Assembly (NCBI GenBank): GCA_004212155.1
Contig: RXIG01000015.1
Span: 13,040 to 77,039, forward strand
Direction of reading: 5' to 3'
Source of the DNA: an archaeon
Lineage (GTDB): Archaea; Methanobacteriota_B; Thermococci; Methanofastidiosales; NM3
DNA length: 64,000 bases
The translations under genes were made by a program, and so were the position numbers. Positions 39,895 to 48,427 of this stretch are shown here, piece by piece. The notes under the pieces are model-generated. The model was not told the origin of the DNA, ran no database searches, and worked only from the letters and a program-made list of their open reading frames with translations. Positions within the stretch are counted from its first letter, which is position 1. Every line of letters starts with the position of its first letter.

Positions 39895-40690
39895 CGAGCA
39901 CGTACGACCCTTCCTTCTTGTGCATCACCTCACTAAGGAACGTGGCTAGGCGGGAACGTCTTGTCTCATCTCTAGCAACGAACCTACCCGCCAAGTCATC
40001 GACCGCCTCGCCGACAGATCCATAGGTCATCTCCATCTCCATCTTCGTTACTTCCATATTTGGGTAGATGCCCATGCCATAAAGCACGTTGTAGAGGAGA
40101 TTCGCCTTTGGCCCTGGAACATATGCGTTGCCGTGGATGCGCGGCCACGCCTTGATGTACAGCTCATCCCACGACGTGAGACCTGAAAACCACAGAAGGT
40201 ATACATAACCCGTTGATATGCCGACCATCTTTTTCAACGCAGAGCGAATGTCGTACATGCCAAGGGAGTATGATGCGATGACGACATCATAGCTGCCCTC
40301 GAGATCGGCATCAGCGTCCACGTCCTCCCATGTCTTTTGAATATAGTCGACATTTTCAACGTTCTCCTCCGCGATGTTGCCCTGGAGAAACTCGATCATG
40401 TAGGGCGCGGGTTCGATCGCCGTCACATGGGAAACAACACGAGACAAGGGTATGATTAGAGTCCCTGGGCCGGCACCTATGTCTAGCACCCTGCTCTCGG
40501 GGGATATGTCCATTGACTTCATGATCCTGCGCCCCTTGGCCCAATCATTTCCTTTGATGCGTTCATTGAACTGTTCCACGCGTTCGCGTGAGCTCCAGTA
40601 AAGGTCGTTCTTGCCAATATGCTTTGAAGCGAGATGGCGCTCCATGGTCGTGTGCCAAACTTCGTTCCAATCGATCTCTTCAATTTTCAT
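39827..40690 (-). CDS. Class I SAM-dependent methyltransferase
   Basis: VLDIGAGPG, VTAIEP, WEDV, YDVVIASYSL, LLYNVLYGMGIYPNM. Confidence 0.88.
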   Translation of the reverse strand: MKIEEIDWNEVWHTTMERHLASKHIGKNDLYWSSRERVEQFNERIKGNDWAKGRRIMKSMDISPESRVLDIGAGPGTLIIPLSRVVSHVTAIEPAPYMIEFLQGNIAEENVENVDYIQKTWEDVDADADLEGSYDVVIASYSLGMYDIRSALKKMVGISTGYVYLLWFSGLTSWDELYIKAWPRIHGNAYVPGPKANLLYNVLYGMGIYPNMEVTKMEMEMTYGSVGEAVDDLAGRFVARDETRRSRLATFLSEVMHKKEGSYVLDVYQWSTMLWWHRDNIGGCGIH

Positions 40691-40800
40691 CGCATCTCAC
40701 CCGGACATGTATCTGTACCGAGGGTATCTGTCCGACTGCATTCACCTTCCGCACAAGGAGGGTTGCCAGACAGACTGGCTCGTCGCTATGTGATACGCCT
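40691..40800 (-). promoter_or_regulatory. Long structured 5' leader, riboswitch-like candidate
   Basis: About 110 nt between a TATA-like box near 40825-40833 and the ATG; mutually exclusive helices next to the GGTGAG SD. Confidence 0.5.
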
Positions 40801-41031
40801 ATGCACGAAATAGCGCGTTGAACTTATTATTAATTAGGTGCTTCGACTTAAAGATATTCGGATATAAATCGATTCCATTTCGCCCAACAACCCCCCCGGT
40901 TGCTGGGAAACGCTGAGCGTCTGCCCGAATCGGGCATCGAAACAGGCAGAAATAGTGGCAGGAACATACGAATGCCTATGAAACAATGACAACGTGTCTC
41001 TACGATAGGGTCTCAGAAGAATAGTGAGGTA

Positions 41032-41119
41032 TGGTGCGGGGGATGGGATTTGAACCCACGAACCCCTACAAGACTAGGCCCTCAACCTAGCGCCTTTGAC
41101 CAATCTCGGCAACCCCCGC
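41032..41119 (-). tRNA. tRNA-Leu(GAG), CCA encoded
   Basis: GCGGGGG/CCCCCGC acceptor, CTAGG-TT-GAG-GG-CCTAG, long variable arm. Confidence 0.96.
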
Positions 41120-41260
41120 ACGGCAATGTACCATGACACGAGCCGCATCATCGTACACACGAGCCCACGAACGTGGACTGAGGTCTAACCAGTCTGGAGC
41201 ATTGGGATTTATAAACGTTTCGGAATTTTTTTGTTGGCGCTTCCTCAAGCATGAGATCGC

Positions 41261-42418
41261 TCACGTCACTGCGTTTCGCAGGCTGAGACACGCATCGTGC
41301 TCTAGAGCCCTGCATGTGCGAATAGATTTTTGCAGCTCTTCGACGCGCTCGACGGTAAAGTGTTGCTCCACAGTCTGGGAGGCATCCCATATCGCTTCAT
41401 CTATGGCCTCTGAGAGCCATTCGAGTTGTTTCAAGGCCTCGGGTCCTCGCTTTTCGAAGACGCGGGATTGTTCCTCTGTGAGCGAACGTACCTTGTATGC
41501 CGCATCCCAGTCCTCGGGAAGAGCTACGTTTGCTATATCAGACCACATCAATGCTGCCTCGTCAAAGTCTTCGGCAGCCTTGATCAGTGCATCATTGCAA
41601 ACCCATTCATATGCCTCGCGCAGGAAGGAAGCATACATCTTTCTGAAGGCGCTGCCACCGGTGCCTGCCTGCTCGATATAGAGCATCGTATTGTAGAGGC
41701 ACTCGAAAAGCGATTCTTCAGAAAACATGGCTGGCCACTTCGGTATTGTCATTGCCCACTTCTCCATGCCTGCCAGGCCCAGATTCGATATCGGGGGGTC
41801 GAGCATTCCGTTCGCACATTCAAGGATGGACGCCTTCAACGCATCGATCGTGATCCCCCACTCATCGGGCACTTCCAATTCGATCCACCTGTTACGGGCA
41901 GGAAACGGTGGTGCAGTCGATCCTCGCGCGGCACGCAGCTCGTCGACCGTCAACGTGAACGGATACTCGCTCCTGTCGGCCACCTTCACCTCCTGCGTCT
42001 TTTCGTCAAGTGAGAAGACGGTCACCGTATGTTCCCCAAAGTGTGATTTCGGGGGCATGTACATGTAGGGCAAATGGGCCATGTCGACATAGACGATGGT
42101 CGGTATGCCCTCCTCCAGCTGTGAGATGAGCGCGGCGTGTGCCTTCCTCTCGCTTGTCGTGTGCCGCACGGACGCAGAGGCGCCCACGCGCTCTGCAGCC
42201 TTGATAAAGAAATCGTCGCTTTTTGCTCCGCGGGTTCCGATGAACGGCGCGTTCATGTTCTTGGCATACCAGTAGATGAAGCCGATGCCACCGCCAAGCC
42301 CAAGGAGCATCTCTTCAGATGCGAAACAGCCGAAATGATGAAGTGTATGGCGAAGTGAAGCAGTCTGGCAATGCTTGCCGCCAAGCGTTGTGAATCCGGG
42401 GATGTGCGTGGTCGTCAT
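41261..42418 (-). CDS. BtrH N-terminal (papain-like) plus DUF4872-like domain protein
   Basis: GGKHCQTASL, SEEMLLGLGGGIGFIY, VDMAHLPY, HFGEHTV, GTGGSAFRKMY. Confidence 0.75.
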   Translation of the reverse strand: MTTTHIPGFTTLGGKHCQTASLRHTLHHFGCFASEEMLLGLGGGIGFIYWYAKNMNAPFIGTRGAKSDDFFIKAAERVGASASVRHTTSERKAHAALISQLEEGIPTIVYVDMAHLPYMYMPPKSHFGEHTVTVFSLDEKTQEVKVADRSEYPFTLTVDELRAARGSTAPPFPARNRWIELEVPDEWGITIDALKASILECANGMLDPPISNLGLAGMEKWAMTIPKWPAMFSEESLFECLYNTMLYIEQAGTGGSAFRKMYASFLREAYEWVCNDALIKAAEDFDEAALMWSDIANVALPEDWDAAYKVRSLTEEQSRVFEKRGPEALKQLEWLSEAIDEAIWDASQTVEQHFTVERVEELQKSIRTCRALEHDACLSLRNAVT

Positions 42419-42465
42419 CGTCTGACACCACACTACCATGGAACACACGACATATAACTATTTTT

Positions 42466-42942
42466 TCACACAAAGGTCGCATTGACCCATGCACCCACAA
42501 TATAGGTAACAAATATCACGACAACGGCGATAATGAGATGCTCTGCAATAACGCTCAACGCTGATTTGTTCTGGATGCGCGCGATGTAGAAGTTTGCAAC
42601 GATGAGAAGGAAAAATCCCCATGCAACACTTATGATCACCGCGTTGCGAAGACAAAACGTCATGATGGGTATGACAAACGTAAGTGCGAACACGAACTTT
42701 GATAGGAATGTGGAAACAGTAGACTCCCACACATGCGTGTCGTCGTTAGCGCACTTGGACTCCTCGGAGATGTGGATGCCAAGGGAATCGGAGAATGCAT
42801 CGGCTATCGCTATGGTGATTATGCCCCCTATGATGGCTGGTTCTGACTTCGTACCTGCATACAATCCCATGACAAGCCCTAGAGTCGTGATGATGCCCGA
42901 TGTCAGTCCAAAGCTGAACCCCGTCTTGAAGGAGTCCCTCAT
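42466..42942 (-). CDS. VIT1/CCC1-family membrane protein
   Basis: FGLTSGIITTLGL, AIADAFSDSLGIHISEES; 5 TM segments. Confidence 0.8.
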   Translation of the reverse strand: MRDSFKTGFSFGLTSGIITTLGLVMGLYAGTKSEPAIIGGIITIAIADAFSDSLGIHISEESKCANDDTHVWESTVSTFLSKFVFALTFVIPIMTFCLRNAVIISVAWGFFLLIVANFYIARIQNKSALSVIAEHLIIAVVVIFVTYIVGAWVNATFV

Positions 42943-42974
42943 ATATGTTACGAAAGCGGTCCAGTTTATTAATC

Positions 42975-44000
42975 TTATTGTGAATCGTTAGCGTCGCATG
43001 CCGCGTTAACCACGGCACGCATGTTCTCGATCGTGGTGTACGGAGGCACACCGCAAGCGGAACATACGACATCGACCCCATCGCAAATATTTCTGAGCGC
43101 CTCCATGTAAACATCTGTCGGTGACCCCATCAGCAGCGACCCCACCGTCTCCACGGACCCGACGAGTGCCATTCTGCCAGATAGAGCATCGTAGGCTTCA
43201 CGTGTTGAGCAGGCAGGCGCCTCGAACGAGAACGCAGAAAAACCAGAATCGGGCATATAGGGCAATATGGGTTCTACGTTGCCACAAATATGGAGATATG
43301 ATGGCACGTCGCGAATTGACCGTGAGAGCTTCCTATACCATGGCATGACGTCGATGATGAGCGAGCGTGGAACGAGCAGGTCGCATGATGCAGTCGCCTC
43401 GGGCACGTAGATGCTGTCGGCGCCCATGCCGATGGCCTCCCTGCAGATGTCGATGAGAAGATCTGTTGCAACGCCGATCGCATGGGAGAATCGCTCAGGG
43501 TCGCGCATCGAGAGATACAAGAGGTACTCGACACCCCACAGATTACCTGCAAGCGTGACCGGTCCAGTGATCACACGGGTACATGCGACCATGTCGCCAT
43601 GGCGCTCGACGATACGCTCAAAGCTCGAACGCACGATAGGGTTCCTGCCAGCATCGAGCGCCCCCTCCGGTATGGAACAGTCATAGGGGTCGACATCCTT
43701 CCATGGATACGTCTCCACGGCGGGATGACGGTCGATCGTGCCGATGTCGATCACCTCGTTGCCGGCGATCATGGTCGTCTCGGTGACGAGGTCGTTGTGG
43801 CTCACTATGCTGTCAAGACCCAGCACCTCGTATCGCGCACACTGCAGGGCACTCAGTGCGCGAGGGTCGTTGTGGCACTCGGGCCAGCTGACGCCGGCTT
43901 GTTCCATCAACGACACGACGAAGGTTGAAAGAAGGGTCGCAGAGGGACGGTCTGTACGCCCCCCCGTCAGTGCTGAAAGATGTCGGCGCTTCGGGGTGAT
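42975..44000 (-). CDS. MtaA/CmuA-family methylcobamide methyltransferase (UroD fold), apparent ATC start
   Basis: ITGPVTLA, YLHICG and CSACGV Zn ligands; frame stays open upstream of the track start as ITPKRRHLSALTGGRTDRP, after GGAGGT. Confidence 0.82.
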   Translation of the reverse strand: MTPKRRHLSALTGGRTDRPSATLLSTFVVSLMEQAGVSWPECHNDPRALSALQCARYEVLGLDSIVSHNDLVTETTMIAGNEVIDIGTIDRHPAVETYPWKDVDPYDCSIPEGALDAGRNPIVRSSFERIVERHGDMVACTRVITGPVTLAGNLWGVEYLLYLSMRDPERFSHAIGVATDLLIDICREAIGMGADSIYVPEATASCDLLVPRSLIIDVMPWYRKLSRSIRDVPSYLHICGNVEPILPYMPDSGFSAFSFEAPACSTREAYDALSGRMALVGSVETVGSLLMGSPTDVYMEALRNICDGVDVVCSACGVPPYTTIENMRAVVNAACDANDSQ

Positions 44001-44012
44001 GCACAGACCTCC

Positions 44013-44936
44013 CTAATCCCTCAGGCGCTTTCCCGTGAGGGATATGAAGACATCGTCGAGCGTTGGTTCAACAGAGGTAATGGACTTGATGGGTCTTCCC
44101 TCAAGAGCCTTGGCGATATCGAGAAGGAGTCCATCGCGGTCCTCGATGTAGAGCTTGAGCTCGCCGCGGGAGAAGAACGCATTCTTGATACCTGCAATAG
44201 ACCCCACGTCGTTGATGACCTGCTCATCCTCCTCGATCTGGATCGTGATGATGTTTTCGTGCTTCAACTGGCTCTTGAGCTTGGCAGGCGTGTCGATCGC
44301 CTGGATAACGCCCTCGTCGATGATTGCGACACGGTCGCAGAGATAATCTGCCTCCTCCATGTAGTGCGTCGTGAGGAAGACCGTTATCCCCTTCTTGTTC
44401 ACTTGCTTGATAAAGTCCCACATCATGCGCCTGGCCTGTGTATCCATGCCTGTGGTCGGTTCGTCGAGGAACAAGACCTTTGGGTCGTGCAACAAGCCAA
44501 GAATGACGTTAAGGCGCTGTTTCATACCACCCGAGAAGTCCTTGACTAGCGTCTTCTTACGCTCTGCCAACCCCATCGCCTCGAGGAGATGGTGTGAGCG
44601 CTCATTCAACTCCTTTCCCGGAACGTTGTATAATGTGCCGTACAATCGCAGATTCTGTTCAGCGGTCAGGAGGTCGTTGAGCGAGAGCTCTTGTGGAACG
44701 ATACCTATCATCTCCCTGATGCGCTTTTTGTCAAGAACGTTCACGCCGCATACGTACGCCTCCCCACTCGTTGGTTTGAGCTGCCCCGTGAGCATGTTGA
44801 TCGTCGTACTCTTTCCTGCGCCGTTCGGTCCGAGGAAGCCGAAGATCTCGCCCTCCTTGACGCCAAAGGATATTCCTCGAACAGCCTTGAATGATCCGTA
44901 TTGCTTTTCCAAGTTCGATACTTCGATAGAGTTCAT
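44013..44936 (-). CDS. ABC-2 type exporter ATPase
   Basis: GPNGAGKST, FSGGMKQR, FLDEPTTG, TTHYMEEA. Confidence 0.93.
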   Translation of the reverse strand: MNSIEVSNLEKQYGSFKAVRGISFGVKEGEIFGFLGPNGAGKSTTINMLTGQLKPTSGEAYVCGVNVLDKKRIREMIGIVPQELSLNDLLTAEQNLRLYGTLYNVPGKELNERSHHLLEAMGLAERKKTLVKDFSGGMKQRLNVILGLLHDPKVLFLDEPTTGMDTQARRMMWDFIKQVNKKGITVFLTTHYMEEADYLCDRVAIIDEGVIQAIDTPAKLKSQLKHENIITIQIEEDEQVINDVGSIAGIKNAFFSRGELKLYIEDRDGLLLDIAKALEGRPIKSITSVEPTLDDVFISLTGKRLRD

Positions 44937-46126
44937 GCAGCCTCACCCCTGTTGAGCATCATCATGCCCACGAAGAAAAATGCCACGGTAAACGCGCAGG
45001 CCACTGCAAGAGGCGTTGCGACCTCTGACAGGGACATCCCACGCACCATGACGTCCCTGAGCGCTTGGTTGATGTAGGTGAGGGGGAATATCTTCGAGAT
45101 CGTGTTCATCCACCCCTGGGAGACGGTAAAGAATATGCCCGAAAGTATCATCATCGGGAAGTTGACAAGCATCGCCAGTTGCGATGACTCATCCGCGGTC
45201 TTGGCCACCGTTGCGATGAGGAGGCCAATACCTATCATTACCAGCGTCCCGACGATAATGATGCCATAGACCAGCCACAACGACCCTGCGATATGGAGGT
45301 CGTAGAGCGTTACCGCCATGAGGAGCAGTATGGTTACCTGGAAGAGTATGATGACCATCTGGGAGATCATGTCCCCCGCAAGTAGCGATCCGCGGGAGAC
45401 AGGTGTTGACAGCAGCCGCCTGCGTATGCCCTTCACCCTGTCCTCGACGATACCCTCTGCCGTGCCCGTCACGCCCGTCCACAAGATCGCGAGCGAGACG
45501 ATGCCGGGGACGATGAAGTCGATATATTGCAAATCGGTCTCCTCCTTCGCATCGGCCGGCTTGACGTTCGTTGATATGGGTGATGCAATCGTCTTGATGA
45601 AATCTACCTGGTTGGTAGTGAGCACTCCATCTGTGACGGCGTTGTCAAGTTGCTGAATGAAGATCGACTGGGAAAACCCGCTTACAACGCTGTTGGTGAC
45701 ACCGAGCGCAACGCTTTGCTCGTTCGGGTCGGCCAGGGTGTCATAGAACACGGGGATGTCGACAGGGTCGTCGTGTCGTGGGGTCATCGACTCGGGCAAA
45801 AAGATCACCAGCACCGCATCGTATTCATCAATGAGGCGTGCGGCCTGTTCGTTCATGGCGGCACCGGTATCGGTAACGCGTTTTGCCCTTACCGCGTCGA
45901 TATCATTGAATTGGGCAGAGAACGCTTCGACCATGGGGTCTGTTATGCCACCCGCCGGTTCGACTATGACCGTGTCTATCGTGATATAGGCGTTGTCGCC
46001 ACCAAACGCGCTCCCAAAGAGCAGCATGAATATGAGAGGATATGCCACGAGGAAAACGAGCAATTTCTTCTGATGCCACGTTTCCATGAGCCCCCTCCAC
46101 GCTATGATTGCAATGTTGTGTACCAT
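44933..46126 (-). CDS. ABC-2 type exporter permease
   Basis: YPLIFMLLFG, YIDFIVPGI, EDRVKG..RLLSTP, ILSGIFF, FPLTY. Confidence 0.9.
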   Translation of the reverse strand: MVHNIAIIAWRGLMETWHQKKLLVFLVAYPLIFMLLFGSAFGGDNAYITIDTVIVEPAGGITDPMVEAFSAQFNDIDAVRAKRVTDTGAAMNEQAARLIDEYDAVLVIFLPESMTPRHDDPVDIPVFYDTLADPNEQSVALGVTNSVVSGFSQSIFIQQLDNAVTDGVLTTNQVDFIKTIASPISTNVKPADAKEETDLQYIDFIVPGIVSLAILWTGVTGTAEGIVEDRVKGIRRRLLSTPVSRGSLLAGDMISQMVIILFQVTILLLMAVTLYDLHIAGSLWLVYGIIIVGTLVMIGIGLLIATVAKTADESSQLAMLVNFPMMILSGIFFTVSQGWMNTISKIFPLTYINQALRDVMVRGMSLSEVATPLAVACAFTVAFFFVGMMMLNRGEAA

Positions 46127-46376
46127 GATATCACCAGGAGTAGTAACATTTTGATGGATGCGTCGCTTATTTTTATTATTTTCTATAAATAGTGAGAATT
46201 AATCAAAAAAGGAATAAAGATACAAAGATCACACTTGATAAAACAATGGAAAAGCAGATACCATATGAATAATCATTCGCAGAAAATGGTGACTTGTCAT
46301 CCAGGTTGCTAGATGCCTAGGGCAGAAAAGATGTGAGCTCGGCCCGTGTACGCCTCGATCGAATGAAGGTCCGGAG

Positions 46377-46450
46377 CGGACCCGCCGGGATTCGAACCCG
46401 GGATCTTCGGCTTAGAAGGCCGACGCCATATCCAACTTGGCCACGGGCCC
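46377..46450 (-). tRNA. tRNA-Arg(TCT)
   Basis: GGGCCCG/CGGGTCC acceptor, TCGGC-CT-TCT-AA-GCCGA. Confidence 0.95.
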
Positions 46451-46459
46451 ACAGAGTGT

Positions 46460-47035
46460 CTATTTGAGCTTTTTGACCTTGAGGACCTCGACACGTCTCA
46501 GTGGATAGATCTTCTTCGCCTTCTTGTAGATATCAGACGTGATCTTACCCAAGATGAGTTCCTGTATCAATGGCACCATTTCCATCTGGGAGGCGGTCTC
46601 TTTCATGTGCGCCTCTATGAGGTCCTTTACCGCTTCTGTCTGGGAGCTCTGCATGCGGCGTGGTGCGATAGCGCTGATCGTGACGCGTAGCTTCTTCCCA
46701 TCCTTCGTCCGAAGGTCGAGTATGTTGTCGAGCTTCGTGTTGTTCCTTCGGGTCTGTGAACGGATGTAGGAACGGAGCAATTCGTGCTGCTTGAACTCGG
46801 TATATGCGTTCTCACCCTGCACCTCATTGATGCTAAAGTACAGTTTGACATGGGATTTAGAGAAGTCCCCTGTCAGGTCTCGCAACGACGTCATCATGGT
46901 CCTGCCGACCAAGTTATCTGGGTTATTGGAAACTACTTCTCCAAGGCTCTGCTTGCCAAACATATCGGGAGCGTAGACGTTGTACCACTTCTTCGCTTTC
47001 CATGTATCTTTCATCTGTCCGGATCTTCTTGCCAT
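46460..47035 (-). CDS. rps3ae: 30S ribosomal protein S3Ae (eS1)
   Basis: KDTWKAKKWYNVYAP, LVGR..LTGDF, KKIYPLRRVEVLK. Confidence 0.96.
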   Translation of the reverse strand: MARRSGQMKDTWKAKKWYNVYAPDMFGKQSLGEVVSNNPDNLVGRTMMTSLRDLTGDFSKSHVKLYFSINEVQGENAYTEFKQHELLRSYIRSQTRRNNTKLDNILDLRTKDGKKLRVTISAIAPRRMQSSQTEAVKDLIEAHMKETASQMEMVPLIQELILGKITSDIYKKAKKIYPLRRVEVLKVKKLK

Positions 47036-47385
47036 AATCTCACCATAGACGCGTGTATATATAAACGTTGATAACAAAGGCGGATGGTGTTTACTTTTAA
47101 TAAACCCTTTTTAACGTTTTCGGATTTATAAGTGTGCCATCCCAATTCTTTTCACTAGAGGTGGCGAAACGAGTATATAAACCTATTCAATCCCTTATGA
47201 TAACACAATCCCAGATAAATGGTATTTTTGGATTAGGCATCCGACACTTCGCCGTTTTGCTGTCACACCGCCACAAAAAAGGATGAAAAAAGCATCAGTA
47301 AGCCCTGTAACGTGCAGATTCCCGTTCGAATGCATCGCCATTCATGACGAAACTTTTATAAACAAAAGAGAGATTTTCATACTGT

Positions 47386-47460
47386 GCTCCGATAGTGTAG
47401 TCCGGTCAATCATCCAGCCCTTTCGAGGCTGAGACCCGGGTTCGAATCCCGGTCGGAGCA
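47386..47460 (+). tRNA. tRNA-Glu(TTC)
   Basis: GCTCCGA/TCGGAGC acceptor, CAGCC-CT-TTC-GA-GGCTG; upstream TTTTATAAA. Confidence 0.96.
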
Positions 47461-47509
47461 CCTTTTATAAATCGATAGCTTTTTATTGGTCTTTTTGGTC
47501 GTATCTATC

Positions 47510-47866
47510 ATGGCAACGGTCCTGATTGTCGATGATGAGGAAGATATTCGTTTCATCTACACGCGGGCACTCGGGAAAAAGTACAACGTCTTGGCTGCCG
47601 AGAACGGGCAGAAGGCGATCGACCTCTACAAGCAGCATTCTCCCGATGTCGTGATAATGGACAGCAGGATGCCGGATATGGAGGGCATCGATGCAACCCG
47701 AGAGATCATATCATACGATGCCCATGCATGCATCATTGGTGCGACGGGGTACAGCGACCTTAGCTCCGAATTTAAGGATGCTGGCGCCGTAAGCGTCATA
47801 GAAAAGCCATTCTCACTCGAAACCCTTATGAAAACAGTAGAGAAGTATATCGGCGGCGACGTATAA
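47510..47866 (+). CDS. Stand-alone CheY-like response regulator
   Basis: LIVDDE, MDSRMPDMEG, ATG, IEKPF. Confidence 0.9.
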   Translation: MATVLIVDDEEDIRFIYTRALGKKYNVLAAENGQKAIDLYKQHSPDVVIMDSRMPDMEGIDATREIISYDAHACIIGATGYSDLSSEFKDAGAVSVIEKPFSLETLMKTVEKYIGGDV

Positions 47867-47966
47867 GATACCATATCGGGCCGCATTCTTGTATAATCTC
47901 CATTTATGTGCGAAGCCATATAACAAAAGACTTTTAAAGAGACATTATAATGGTAGTATCGAACGC

Positions 47967-48041
47967 AGCGGGGTGGGGCAGTTAGGAGTGCCCGGCGGGC
48001 CCATAACCCGCAGGTCAGTGGTTCAAATCCACTCCCCGCTA
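47967..48041 (+). tRNA. Initiator tRNA-Met(CAT)
   Basis: A1:U72 pair, GGG/CCC anticodon stem, anticodon CAT. Confidence 0.95.
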
Positions 48042-48214
48042 CCTTTTATTTACATCATCCTTACCGAATATGATACCCTATTTCACCCTTATTGTTGGGA
48101 CGGGTGTCATACGTGGACAGATAATACAAATAATCTATCGTTTATCTTGCACGTGGAGCGCATAAAAAGAAAAACTATTTAAACATGCACAAGGACTATA
48201 AAAAAGGGATAGAA

Positions 48215-48421
48215 ATGAGAATATCAAAATACTATGGATTGAAGATCTTCAACGACAAGGCTGAATATGTCGGCATAGTGAACGACGTCGTGCTCGAGTT
48301 CACCAAGGGCGAGGTCTTTGGGTTGGCCGTGGGGCAGGAACAGGGCATCGAGAACACCGCCATACCCTACAATGATGTCATAGCGGTTAGCGATATCGTC
48401 CTTGTCAGGTCACAGCGATAG
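48215..48421 (+). CDS. PRC-barrel domain protein (archaeal cell-division CdpB-like)
   Basis: MRISKYYGLKIFNDKAEYVGIVNDVVL..IPYNDVIAVSDIVLV. Confidence 0.8.
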   Translation: MRISKYYGLKIFNDKAEYVGIVNDVVLEFTKGEVFGLAVGQEQGIENTAIPYNDVIAVSDIVLVRSQR

Positions 48422-48427
48422 GGCGCA

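Noticed and set aside
40740-40790. Firm SAM-I riboswitch call
   Set aside because: Only GGCAACC...AGGTG matches; the GGUGC closure, P1 AUC/GAU and kink-turn P2 are absent, so it is kept only as an unclassified candidate.
43813-44004. Apparent frameshift splitting the MtaA-like gene
   Set aside because: The conserved N-terminus is in the same frame as the main ORF; the 63-aa track ORF is a different, spurious frame.
47036-47385. 350-nt AT-rich intergenic region as replication origin or ncRNA
   Set aside because: No ORB-like repeats and no cdc6 neighbour; divergent promoters for rps3ae and tRNA-Glu account for much of it.
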